Below, piece after piece: positions 1 to 8,776 of a DNA stretch of 64,000 nt; the first letter of the stretch is position 1; every line of letters begins with the position of its first letter. The stretch covers positions 691,723-755,722 of the forward strand of contig CAYUSP010000003.1 of NCBI GenBank assembly GCA_964447405.1, given 5' to 3'. The DNA comes from an uncultured Nitrospiraceae bacterium. Its GTDB lineage: Bacteria > Nitrospirota > UBA9217. The notes under the pieces were generated by a model that was given only the letters and a program-made list of their open reading frames with translations, was not told where the DNA came from and ran no database searches. Both the position numbers and the translations under genes were made by a program.

Positions 1-252
1 TCCGGCGACGATCGTTTTCCGTAAAAGACCGCTTCCTTCATGGAAGGATTGTAATAGGCGTTCGTGATGTCGTCGGACAGCTTCGCAAGCAGTGATCTCG
101 CCAGGTCGGTCCGGTCCCTCTTCAGTTCCGCCTGCTCCACATTCCTGCCCGCAGTCGAGAAACTCGTATAGATCACTGTGACAATGATGGCGAGGATCGC
201 AGTCGCCAGCAGTACTTCGAGCAACGTAAATCCCTTGAAACCGAGAGGCATG
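1..252 (-). CDS. T2SS minor pseudopilin, N-terminal part (gene continues beyond window start)
   Basis: Minus-strand ATG at 252 translates to MPLGFKGFTLLEVLLATAILAIIVTVIY...: prepilin-type N-terminal methylation motif (GFTLLE) followed by a hydrophobic helix. It sits at the distal end of the gsp operon. Confidence 0.55.
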
Positions 253-295
253 AAGCGTAAGGGGAAATCAGAGCACCTACAGGATTGATTACTGT

Positions 296-336
296 TCTCC
301 ACCCCTGGCCCCTGGCCCCTGACCCCTGACCCTTTG
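296..336. repeat. Tandem CCCCTGR heptamer block (cccctgg cccctgg cccctga cccctga ccc). G-rich on the transcribed (minus) strand.
   Basis: Seen directly. Intergenic, between the pseudopilin stop at 337 and the next pseudopilin start at 252. Confidence 0.8.
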
Positions 337-684
337 CTACTCATACCCCACCAGCTCTACCATTTCCTGCCGGTCCCCCTCTTTCCAGAGAACAGCAATG
401 CGCACCTCCATGATCTGGGTAAGGGGAGTGGGTGAAATCACCTTCTTCCATAGATACTCTTTGAACTCCACTTCGGGGAACTCCCCCTCATCCTCCGCAG
501 GAAGGCGCGGCCGCTTTACGATCGTGTCCGTCATCACCCGCTTCGCAAGAAGCGTGGCCGTGGTGATCCGCTCTGCTGCCAGGACGTTCTGCATGCTCCT
601 GTTTTTGAGCCCCAGCAGTGAGACCAGTACAAACGCCATGATCGAAACGGCCATCATCACTTCGAGAAGGGTGAAACCTTTCAT
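337..684 (-). CDS. T2SS minor pseudopilin (GspI/J-like)
   Basis: Internal Met gives MKGFTLLEVMMAVSIMAFVLVSLLGL..., a prepilin leader plus hydrophobic segment. The longer ORF track entry (to 771) runs through the intergenic repeat. Confidence 0.6.
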   Translation of the reverse strand: MKGFTLLEVMMAVSIMAFVLVSLLGLKNRSMQNVLAAERITTATLLAKRVMTDTIVKRPRLPAEDEGEFPEVEFKEYLWKKVISPTPLTQIMEVRIAVLWKEGDRQEMVELVGYE

Positions 685-727
685 TCCTTGAGGGAAGGAT
701 TGAAATCCGGCCCGGAGACTCGGTTCT

Positions 728-760
728 CCCCATGCCCCATGACCCCTGCCCCATGACCCT
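728..760. repeat. Degenerate CCCCATG/CCCCTGA repeat block
   Basis: ccccatgccccatgacccctgccccatgaccc, at a pseudopilin gene junction. Confidence 0.7.
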
Positions 761-767
761 TGATCCA

Positions 768-1304
768 TCATCGCTCCTCTATCCGTCCTTCGCGGAGCTC
801 CGTATCCCCTGTCAGCGGCCTCACGATCAGGGTGAAAATCTTTTCATCCGCGTCCTTCAGGTAAATAAAGGTCTTCTCCACCCAGCCGTCCGGTGTGAAC
901 TGGATATAATGTTCATCGGAGTGGCTGCCCGCCCGCACATCGCTGAAAGCGGTCTGGCCGGAAAGGATTCCTTCGCTCCCCATCTCGGAGTGATATTTTC
1001 TGAACTCCACAGCCTGCTCTCCAGCCAGGCTGAGAACCTCGGCCCAATAGTGTCCGTTGGGAATATCGAACCTTAGGCGGAACACCGCTTTTTTTGCCTG
1101 TGCCTCGTCCCGCAGAAACCGTATGGTGCCAGTCAAGTGGCGCGCGCTCTGCTTGAGGTTTGCTTCTCCCATGTCCCCGAGGCGGGAGATCACGAGCGAA
1201 AGCATCACTCCCAATACGACAATAACAACCGCAAGTTCTACGAGTGTGAATCCGCGGGGGCTGTTCCGTAACCCGTGATCCCTGACCCCTGACCCTTGAC
1301 CCAT
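768..1304 (-). CDS. T2SS minor pseudopilin (GspH-like)
   Basis: N-terminal ...RGFTLVELAVVIVVLGVMLSLVI prepilin motif. The true start is uncertain: the only in-frame ATG lies inside the G-rich repeat. Confidence 0.55.
   Translation of the reverse strand: MGQGSGVRDHGLRNSPRGFTLVELAVVIVVLGVMLSLVISRLGDMGEANLKQSARHLTGTIRFLRDEAQAKKAVFRLRFDIPNGHYWAEVLSLAGEQAVEFRKYHSEMGSEGILSGQTAFSDVRAGSHSDEHYIQFTPDGWVEKTFIYLKDADEKIFTLIVRPLTGDTELREGRIEER
1271..1304. repeat. CCCTGA-type repeat block (ccctgacccctgacccttgaccc)
   Basis: Seen directly at a pseudopilin gene junction. Confidence 0.7.
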
Positions 1305-1310
1305 GGCAAG

Positions 1311-1751
1311 CTACTCTATCTTCCAGCTCTGGATATCGGCATTCTTGCCCTCGCCGCCCGGCTCGTTGTCAGCGCCGTAGGAGATGATTTCATATTCTCT
1401 GCCTTCGCTTCCCGGCGATAGATACACGTAGTCCTTGTCCCACGGGTCCTTGGGAATGCGCGCCGGCTTCAGATAGCCGCCCTCGCGCCACTTCGGCGGG
1501 ACGCGGCCTGTTTCCGGCTTCCTGATCAGGGCGTCAAACCCCTGCTCCGTGGAAGGATACGATCCATTGTCGAGTTTGTAAGCATCCAACGCGCTTTCCA
1601 GCGACCGGATCTGCACTTTTGCCGTCCCGATCTTCGCCTTTTCCTCCTGCCCCAGAATGCGGGGAAGGACCAGTCCCGCAAGCAGACCGAGGATAATGAT
1701 CACCACCATGATCTCGATGAGGGTGAAACCCTTTTGATTTCTTGTCTTCAT
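1311..1751 (-). CDS. gspG: Type II secretion major pseudopilin GspG
   Basis: MKTRNQKGFTLIEIMVVIIILGLLAGLV...: canonical GspG N-terminus, ~146 aa. Directly downstream of gspF. Confidence 0.8.
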   Translation of the reverse strand: MKTRNQKGFTLIEIMVVIIILGLLAGLVLPRILGQEEKAKIGTAKVQIRSLESALDAYKLDNGSYPSTEQGFDALIRKPETGRVPPKWREGGYLKPARIPKDPWDKDYVYLSPGSEGREYEIISYGADNEPGGEGKNADIQSWKIE

Positions 1752-1789
1752 ACCGAGTCTCCTTTTACCACCTGACAATATCCGGTTTT

Positions 1790-1825
1790 CCTTGCCCCCT
1801 GACCCTTGCTCCTTGACCCTGATTT
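1790..1825. repeat. CCCTGA-type repeat block between gspF and gspG
   Basis: ccccctgacccttgctccttgaccctg. Confidence 0.6.
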
Positions 1826-1841
1826 CCAAACCCTGCCGTTA

Positions 1842-3062
1842 TCATCTCAGCCCCGAGCTCATCTCAAGCATAGGCAGCATGATGGCGATGACAATGAAAC
1901 CGATGATCAGGCCCATCACCAGGATGATCACCGGTTCCAGGAGCGCCAGAAACCCGGTGATGCGCGTCTCCACGGTGCGGTCGAACGAATCCGAGATCTT
2001 GAGTAGCATTTTTTCGAGTTCACCGCTCTTCTCGCCCACGGCAACCATCTGCACGACCACGGGCGGGAACAGGCCGCTCCTGCGCAGCGGGTCCGCGATG
2101 GGCTCGCCTTCACGTACGTTGTCGCGGGCCTTCTGGACCGCATTCGCCAGCACGGTATTCCCCACTACATTTCTGACAATATCAAGGGCAGTCAGCGTAG
2201 GAACTCCGCTCTGGAGCAGCGTGCCCAGTGTCCGCGTGAACCGGGATACCGTGATCATGCGGATAAGCCCGCCGAACACGGGAATACGCAGCAGCCAGGC
2301 GTCAACGGCCTCTCTTCCCGCTTGCGTGCCGATATATCTCCGGAAATAGAATATCCCCAGGCCAAGCGCCAGCAGGATCGCCCACCAGTAAGAGGAGAGC
2401 AGCCGCACGATCCCAAGCAGCATGAGCGTCACGAACGGAAGCTGCTGTTTCGTGTTCTCGAACATGCCCACGACGCGCGGCATTACAAAGCTGAACACGA
2501 AGAACAGCATGCCTGCGCCGATGATCGTCATGAACGCGGGATAGGCAAGGGCCGCTGTGATCCTGCCGCGGAACCGCACCTGCTCGTCCAGAAAATCCGC
2601 CAACCGGTCAAGGGTTATCTCAAGAGTCCCGCTCGCTTCACCAGCCGAGACCATGTTGACATAGAGCGGCGAAAAGACCTGCGGATTATCCTTGAGTGCA
2701 TCCGCAAGCGATGCGCCTTCGCGTACCCTGTCGCGCACCGCGGAGAGCGCGGCCTTCAGGGCCTCGGTCTCCTCCTGGTCCACCAGCACGGTCAGAGCAT
2801 CCATCAGGGGGAGCCCCGATGACAACAGTGTCGCAAGCTGCCGCGTGGAGGTGGCCAGGTCGCCGAGACGCACCTTTCGCCTGAACACGGTGGTTGATGC
2901 CCCCCTGCGGGCAGCCTGGGCAGCGTCCCCTTCGCGGATCTCAAGAACGATGATGCCGTCTTTCTTGAGCTTCGTCCGGACGGTCTTGAGGCTTTCCCCG
3001 TCCTGGGCACCGGATATCTTCTTTCCCTGGCTGGTAACGCCTTTGTATTCGTAGACCGGCAT
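1842..3062 (-). CDS. gspF: Type II secretion inner-membrane platform protein GspF
   Basis: 406 aa with GspF/PilC-like repeated T2SF domains and TM segments. Operon context. Confidence 0.85.
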   Translation of the reverse strand: MPVYEYKGVTSQGKKISGAQDGESLKTVRTKLKKDGIIVLEIREGDAAQAARRGASTTVFRRKVRLGDLATSTRQLATLLSSGLPLMDALTVLVDQEETEALKAALSAVRDRVREGASLADALKDNPQVFSPLYVNMVSAGEASGTLEITLDRLADFLDEQVRFRGRITAALAYPAFMTIIGAGMLFFVFSFVMPRVVGMFENTKQQLPFVTLMLLGIVRLLSSYWWAILLALGLGIFYFRRYIGTQAGREAVDAWLLRIPVFGGLIRMITVSRFTRTLGTLLQSGVPTLTALDIVRNVVGNTVLANAVQKARDNVREGEPIADPLRRSGLFPPVVVQMVAVGEKSGELEKMLLKISDSFDRTVETRITGFLALLEPVIILVMGLIIGFIVIAIMLPMLEMSSGLR

Positions 3063-3162
3063 GGTTTTAATTCAGTTGGGGGTCGCGAGTTCGTAGTTCG
3101 GAGATAAAGACCGAAACTGCGATTCTCACTTCCATCTCCGAACTCCAAACTCCGAACTTACC

Positions 3163-4848
3163 TCACGTTTCCTTCTGCGTCACCCTCACTACTTCGTCAA
3201 CTGACGTGATGCCGGCGAGGATCTTTTCTGCGCCGTCCTGGCGGAGCGAACGCATGCCTTTTTCCATAGCCAGGGCCTTGATCATGGAAGCATCCGAGTT
3301 CTTCATAATCATCTGGCGCATCTCGTCATCCACCGTCAGGAGCTCATAGATCGCGCTCCTGCCAAAATAGCCGGTGTGGAAGCAGGCTTCGCACCCTTTT
3401 GCCCGATACACGGTGATGCCCGCGGCTCCTGTCCTGATCTCGAGTTCCGCGATCTCGCCGGCGGTCATCTGGTATGGCTCACGGCACTCTTTGCACAGCA
3501 CGCGCACGAGCCTCTGCGCAAGGATCCCCATAACCGACGAGGAAATAAGAAACGGTTCGATCTTCATATCAATCAACCGGGTCACCGCACCGGCGGAATC
3601 ATTCGTATGCAGCGTGGAGAACACCAGGTGTCCGGTGAGCGCGGCCTGGATCGCAATCTCAGCGGTCTCGGAGTCCCGGATCTCGCCCACAAGGATCACG
3701 TCCGGATCCTGACGCAAAACCGAACGGAGCCCCGCGGCAAAGGTGAGATGGATCTTGGCGTTCACCTGGATCTGCCCGATGCCCTTGAGCTGGTACTCGA
3801 CCGGGTCTTCGATGGTGATGATGTTCTTGTCCGGAGAGTTGATCTTCGAGAGCGCCGCGTACAGCGTGGTAGTCTTGCCGCTGCCAGTCGGGCCGGTAAC
3901 GAGAACAATGCCGTGGGGTCGCTCGATCATCGCATTGAACCTGGTAAGGGTATCCCCGGTGAATCCGATCTGATCGAGAGGCAGCAGGGCGCTTTCGCGG
4001 TACAGGAGGCGGAGCACGAGCCGCTCGCCGAACGCGGTGGGAACAATCGAGACACGGATGTCCACATCCTTGCCACCGATCTTGATGCGCATGCCGCCGT
4101 CCTGCGGCAGCCGCCGTTCTGCGATGTTCAGATCGGCCATGATCTTGACGCGCGAAGCGATGCTGGCCTGAAACCGCTTCTGGATCGTGAGAATGTTGTA
4201 CAGGATGCCGTCTATGCGGAACCGCGCGATCATCTCTTTTTCGAAGGGCTCGATGTGAATGTCGCTCGCGCGCTCGCGGATGGCCTGGGACAGGAGCGAA
4301 TTCACCAGCCTGATGATCGGAGCGTCGTCGGTGGCCTCCAGCAGGTCCGCGGGCTCATCGAGCTCCACCGCGAGAAAGGACAGGTCATCCTCCTCCATTT
4401 CCTGGACCGTATCCTCGGCGCGGTTCATGTCCTCGCTGTGAAGGCGGTTGATGGTGTCCAGGATCAGTTCGGACGGGGCAAGCACCAGCGATATATCGGC
4501 GTTGAAAAGGGCCCGGAGATCATCAAGCGTGGCGAGGACAAGCGGTTCGGATGTGGCGGCAACGACCGAGCCGTTCTCCCTGCGGAGCGGGACGGCGATC
4601 GCTTTTTTTGCGTAGGTGATGGGAACCTTGAGGGCCAGCTCGCGGTCGATTTCCCCGAGCTCGCCCTGGAACGGAAGGCGGAGCTGGGCGCCGAGCGCCT
4701 TCAGCACATCGGCCTCCGTCACAAAGTTTAACCGGACCAGCAGCGTACCGATCCGTCCGCCGCGCTTTTTCTGGAGTTCGAGCGCCTTTTTCAGCCGCTC
4801 CGGCGAAAGCCCGGACTCAACAAGTATCTCGCCGAGCAGGCGTCTCAC
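3163..4848 (-). CDS. gspE: Type II secretion ATPase GspE
   Basis: Walker A GPTGSGKTTT, Asp box, His box and the tetracysteine CKEC...CEAC motif typical of GspE. Confidence 0.9.
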   Translation of the reverse strand: MRRLLGEILVESGLSPERLKKALELQKKRGGRIGTLLVRLNFVTEADVLKALGAQLRLPFQGELGEIDRELALKVPITYAKKAIAVPLRRENGSVVAATSEPLVLATLDDLRALFNADISLVLAPSELILDTINRLHSEDMNRAEDTVQEMEEDDLSFLAVELDEPADLLEATDDAPIIRLVNSLLSQAIRERASDIHIEPFEKEMIARFRIDGILYNILTIQKRFQASIASRVKIMADLNIAERRLPQDGGMRIKIGGKDVDIRVSIVPTAFGERLVLRLLYRESALLPLDQIGFTGDTLTRFNAMIERPHGIVLVTGPTGSGKTTTLYAALSKINSPDKNIITIEDPVEYQLKGIGQIQVNAKIHLTFAAGLRSVLRQDPDVILVGEIRDSETAEIAIQAALTGHLVFSTLHTNDSAGAVTRLIDMKIEPFLISSSVMGILAQRLVRVLCKECREPYQMTAGEIAELEIRTGAAGITVYRAKGCEACFHTGYFGRSAIYELLTVDDEMRQMIMKNSDASMIKALAMEKGMRSLRQDGAEKILAGITSVDEVVRVTQKET

Positions 4849-6710
4849 CGGGCGCCCTCGGCGGGTCGGCTCGACTCAGGAGTGACCGTCGTCGCGGCGG
4901 GTGCTGACTGCTGTTGGCCAGCAGCCGGCTCCTGCCCAGCCCCTGACTGTTCGCCGGTTGTAGGTTTTTTCTCGTGCGCGCCCGGGAGGCCCCGGTCCTT
5001 TTTGTCAATACGGTATTCCTTGCGGAACTCATCCAGGGATTCGTTCTTGTGCCTCGTAAGTTCGCCGGCCTCGGCGTCTCCCTTGATCACGTAGGGCGTA
5101 ATGAAAATCATGAGGTTCGTCTTCTCGATCTTGGTCGTCTTGTATTTAAAGAACCATCCCAGGATCGGGATATCGCCCAGCAGCGGCACCTTCACGGTTG
5201 ACGCTGTCGCATTGTCCCTGATCAGCCCGCCGATCACCATGGTTTCCTTGTCTTTCACTACGACGGTGGTGCTTGCCGAACGCTTGCTCGTACTCGGGCC
5301 CACCAGGTTCGGATTCAATCCGGCAGTCGCGATCACGTTGGATATCTCAAGGTTCAGCTCGAGCTTGACGTTGTCCTCCGAGGTGATCTGCGGCGTCAGT
5401 TCCATGGTCAGGCCGACGTCCTTTCGATCGATGGCGGTCAGGATGGAGCCGGCCGTTGCCGGAGTCTGGGTTTGACTGCCGATGAACGGCACATTCTCGC
5501 CGACCATGATCTTGGCCTTTTGATTGTCCGTGGTAAGGATGTTCGGCGTGGACAGCACATTCACGTCGCCGTCAGTCTGCACCGCGCGAAGGAGCGCGCC
5601 GATGTTCATGTACTCCACACCTTTAAAAGAGAAGGTACCCTTGACCGCTCCCACGGCCAGGCCATTGAAGCCCGCGAATGCGGCAGGTCCGCTGACCGTC
5701 GCGTTGGCGATGCCGCCGAAGTTCGTCCCGCCCACGGCATTCGTGCTGCTGTCGCTCAGTTGATTGACAGCGCGGAACTCGAATCCGAGTTCCCGCTGCT
5801 TTGCCAGACCCATCTCGATGATCGCTGCTTCGACATAGACCTGGCGGCGGCGAATATCAAGTTTCTGGATCACGTCCTTCATGATCTCGAAATCGCCTGG
5901 CGATGCGACAATAATCAGCGAGTTCGTTGTCTTGTCCGCAGTGATGGTGACCGCGCCTTCGAGGATCGTGGACGGTCCCGCGGGCTGCGCCGCTCCTCCC
6001 GCCGGCGGCACCGGCAGCCTGGAGACAAGCGCCTGCATCAGTTTAGCGATGTCCTCGGCGTTTGCGTTCCTCAAATAGTAGACGTTAATCTTGCCTTTCC
6101 CTTCGGGCGCCGCCACGTCCATGGCATGGATCAGGCTTTCGATCTTCCTGATGTTATGCACGGAGTCGGTAATGATGACGGAGTTCGTGGTGGGATAGGC
6201 GATCAGCGTGCCGTCTTTGGTAACGAGGGGGGAAATCGTTCGCACGATCTCCTGCGGATTGACGAAACTCATGCGGATGAGCTTGGTTACGTACCCCTCC
6301 CCGTTCATGCTGCCATCCTGCATCACCTTGAGCCCGCTCTGCCTGGCCGAGGCCGCGGGAATGATGCGGATCACCGCTCCGTCCTCAATGGCTGTAAACC
6401 CCTTGATTTCGAGCGCCGAAAGGAACACCTGGTATGCCTCGTCGGGTGAGATCTTCGTCGGCGTCATGAGCGTGATCTTGCCCACCACGCGTTCATCCAG
6501 GATGAAGTTCCTGCGCGTAAGCTCGCTCATCACTTTGATGAGGGCGTTGATGTCGATGTTGGTGAAGTTCAGGGTGATGTAATCCTCGCCGGATCTTGCC
6601 TTCTGAAGATCGGCCTGATCGGGCGGGGCAACGGGCTTCTTCTCTTCAGCGTTAGCCGCGGATATGCCCATGAGCCCCATGAGAAGCAGCAGGGCCGCTG
6701 TTCTTTTCAC
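4845..6710 (-). CDS. gspD: Type II secretion secretin GspD
   Basis: 621 aa. Signal peptide, N-domains, conserved secretin C-domain (VPLLGDIPILGWFF). Stop overlaps the gspE start. Confidence 0.85.
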   Translation of the reverse strand: MKRTAALLLLMGLMGISAANAEEKKPVAPPDQADLQKARSGEDYITLNFTNIDINALIKVMSELTRRNFILDERVVGKITLMTPTKISPDEAYQVFLSALEIKGFTAIEDGAVIRIIPAASARQSGLKVMQDGSMNGEGYVTKLIRMSFVNPQEIVRTISPLVTKDGTLIAYPTTNSVIITDSVHNIRKIESLIHAMDVAAPEGKGKINVYYLRNANAEDIAKLMQALVSRLPVPPAGGAAQPAGPSTILEGAVTITADKTTNSLIIVASPGDFEIMKDVIQKLDIRRRQVYVEAAIIEMGLAKQRELGFEFRAVNQLSDSSTNAVGGTNFGGIANATVSGPAAFAGFNGLAVGAVKGTFSFKGVEYMNIGALLRAVQTDGDVNVLSTPNILTTDNQKAKIMVGENVPFIGSQTQTPATAGSILTAIDRKDVGLTMELTPQITSEDNVKLELNLEISNVIATAGLNPNLVGPSTSKRSASTTVVVKDKETMVIGGLIRDNATASTVKVPLLGDIPILGWFFKYKTTKIEKTNLMIFITPYVIKGDAEAGELTRHKNESLDEFRKEYRIDKKDRGLPGAHEKKPTTGEQSGAGQEPAAGQQQSAPAATTVTPESSRPAEGAR

Positions 6711-6749
6711 TCGTCGCCTCCGTGATTTGAATTGTACAGGAAAATACGA

Positions 6750-6831
6750 ACCGGAGAATCGGGGAATGGGGGCCTCGGAAAGGTTCTCGGGCCAATATTC
6801 CGTAGCTCCCGTTCCCCGGTTCCCCGGTTTA
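6750..6831. repeat. Imperfect purine-rich inverted repeat (aaccggagaatcggggaatggggg ... cccgttccccggttccccggttt) between gspC and gspD
   Basis: Seen directly. The arms are reverse complements with a few mismatches. ~35 bp spacer. Confidence 0.55.
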
Positions 6832-6835
6832 TGTG

Positions 6836-7660
6836 TTAGCGTATCTCGTAGTTCAGCGTCTGGCGCTGACCGCCGCGGATGAGGTCAATGGAGATGTACC
6901 GCTCGTTCCTGAGTCCCTGGTAAAGCTGGAAGAACTTGGAGGGATCGTCAACATCCTGCGAATTGACCCGCTGGATCACATCATTGTTCTGGATCCCGAT
7001 CTTCTCATAGATGCTGCCCGGCACGATCTCGCTGATCTTGAACCCCACGGTCTTTCCCTGCTCCATATGGGGCAGCGCACGCGCCTGCGTCAGTATCTGG
7101 CTCATGTTTTCCGTGCTCGCGATCATTTCTTTCTGGTCCACCATCCATTTGCCATCGGAGAGCTTTTTTACACCGTTTACGCCCGGCTTTGGGATGGAGA
7201 CGATCTTGGTGTCGTCGATGATCTGGATGTCGACGGTCCCGCCATCCGCTTTCTGGAGCGTGACCTTGTCGCGGATAACCTTTATGATCTGCGAACCATC
7301 AGGCAGCTTCTGGCGCGTCCGGTAAAAAGCCTGGCCCGTGCTGTCCTCAAGCACTGCGCCGGAAAAATTCGCGCCCTCCACCGTCCCGATGAGCTTGTAG
7401 GTGGTGGCTTCGATTGCTGTCGCTCCCCCGGAAGGCCCTTTTCCATCACCGAAGATCCCGCGTTCAAGGATGGAGGAATAATCGGAGAGCTCGCGCTTCG
7501 GCTCGATCGCTGGCCGTTCACGGTCCAAGGGAGCCGCGTACTTCGGAGCAGCATCAAGGCTCCTGCCGATCATCGCATCCACCGTATCAGCAAGAAAATA
7601 AGCTGAAAACGTGAGAAGAGCAATGAGAACAAGCGTATACAGTGTTTTTTCTTCTTTCAC
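6836..7660 (-). CDS. gspC: Type II secretion protein GspC-like (N-terminal TM, C-terminal PDZ-like)
   Basis: First gene of the cluster, upstream of gspD. N-terminal TM helix. The C-terminal region resembles a PDZ domain. Confidence 0.5.
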   Translation of the reverse strand: MKEEKTLYTLVLIALLTFSAYFLADTVDAMIGRSLDAAPKYAAPLDRERPAIEPKRELSDYSSILERGIFGDGKGPSGGATAIEATTYKLIGTVEGANFSGAVLEDSTGQAFYRTRQKLPDGSQIIKVIRDKVTLQKADGGTVDIQIIDDTKIVSIPKPGVNGVKKLSDGKWMVDQKEMIASTENMSQILTQARALPHMEQGKTVGFKISEIVPGSIYEKIGIQNNDVIQRVNSQDVDDPSKFFQLYQGLRNERYISIDLIRGGQRQTLNYEIR

Positions 7661-7729
7661 GACAGAAATGCCCCCCTAATGCTTCTTACCTCGTCATAAA
7701 AAATTATACTCTCTGGCGGGTTTCTTGTC

Positions 7730-7743
7730 AATTGTTAACAATT
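7730..7743. promoter_or_regulatory. Perfect 14-bp palindrome AATTGTTAACAATT in the gspC upstream region (candidate operator)
   Basis: Seen directly, ~85 bp upstream of the gspC start on the coding strand. Confidence 0.35.
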
Positions 7744-7815
7744 TGAGAGTAAAAGGTTTTTCCCTGTCCTGGCCGCTTCTGCAATGCTTTCCGAACAGCC
7801 GTCCGGTTCAATCGA

Positions 7816-8499
7816 TCATGCAATGAAGAACCCCTGGTAAAACCGCTCTGCCCGCTCACGGTAGCCGGGAAATATCCGTTCCGAGTCAATGGCAACGTCG
7901 GAAACATCGATGCCCTTCTCGTTCTTCAGCCATTCCTGCACCATGGCAGGAGTGACCTCGATGTGGAATTGGAGCGCATACACCCTGTCACGAAACAGGA
8001 AAGCCTGGTTCTGATAGAGCTCCGAAGATGCGAGGCATACAGCTCCAGCAGGAAGATCGAACGTGTCGCCATGCCATTGGAAGACCTGGGCACGGTCCCG
8101 GCCTGGTATCGTGAGAGCGGACATACCGGGATCTTTCAATCCGTCGCGCGTCAGTTCAACTTCGGACCATCCAATCTCCTTGCGAGAGCCGGGATAGACA
8201 CGGCTGCCGAGCACATGTGCGATCATCTGCGCACCAAGGCAGATTCCGAGTACATGCTTGTCCATTTTTATGGCCCGATCAATCAGCAGTGCCTCGTGTA
8301 CGAGATGGGGATAGGTAAGCATTTCGTACACCGCCATGGGTCCGCCCATGACCAGAAAATGGGAAAATTGATCGGGATCGGGGACATCATCGCCCGCGCT
8401 GAGATCAACGACCGCAAAGGGTATCCCGCGCGCAAGCAAATGCTCCGCGATCGTACCCGGCCCTTCACTGAAGATGTTCTTGATGATGAGAACCCGCAT
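7816..8499 (-). CDS. Class I glutamine amidotransferase-like protein
   Basis: LGICLGAQMIAHVLG nucleophile-elbow Cys. GATase1 fold signature. Confidence 0.7.
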   Translation of the reverse strand: MRVLIIKNIFSEGPGTIAEHLLARGIPFAVVDLSAGDDVPDPDQFSHFLVMGGPMAVYEMLTYPHLVHEALLIDRAIKMDKHVLGICLGAQMIAHVLGSRVYPGSRKEIGWSEVELTRDGLKDPGMSALTIPGRDRAQVFQWHGDTFDLPAGAVCLASSELYQNQAFLFRDRVYALQFHIEVTPAMVQEWLKNEKGIDVSDVAIDSERIFPGYRERAERFYQGFFIA

Positions 8500-8508
8500 A
8501 AAGCGCGA

Positions 8509-8676
8509 TCATCCCTTCTTTGAAAAAAATATGAATGCCATAGTAGGCCGCTTGGAGGACACGGAGGTCACAAACTGGATGCTCTCGAACACGCATCCCT
8601 TCGCCGTCCATTCGTTCAGGGTCCGTTCGATCTCTTCATCGGTCACCGTGCTGATTTCAACGACTTTATAGGACAT
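8509..8676 (-). CDS. Small DUF4177-like protein (55 aa), not in the >=60 aa ORF track
   Basis: Manual translation gives MSYKVVEISTVTDEEIERTLNEWTAKGCVFESIQFVTSV..., the DUF4177-type pattern (YKVV...LNEW..GW-like). It fills an otherwise empty 200-bp gap. Confidence 0.35.
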   Translation of the reverse strand: MSYKVVEISTVTDEEIERTLNEWTAKGCVFESIQFVTSVSSKRPTMAFIFFSKKG

Positions 8677-8776
8677 GCCCGGATTATAGACAAGGCGGGA
8701 TTATTTTTCAATGATTATCGAAAAAAGCGCTTACTTTCCTGTTGCTAATCAGCATGAGACTCACTATAATTCGCCC

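Noticed and set aside
3376-4731. Long antisense ORFs opposite real genes (e.g. 3376..4731 +, 5472..6449 +, 33188..34360 +, 40159..41436 +, 43389..44225 -, 44298..45461 -, 51595..52788 +)
   Set aside because: These are typical high-GC shadow ORFs. They have no recognisable motifs, and the opposite strand encodes strongly recognisable proteins (GspE, GspD, HD-GYP regulator, SecA, KatG, P-type ATPase).
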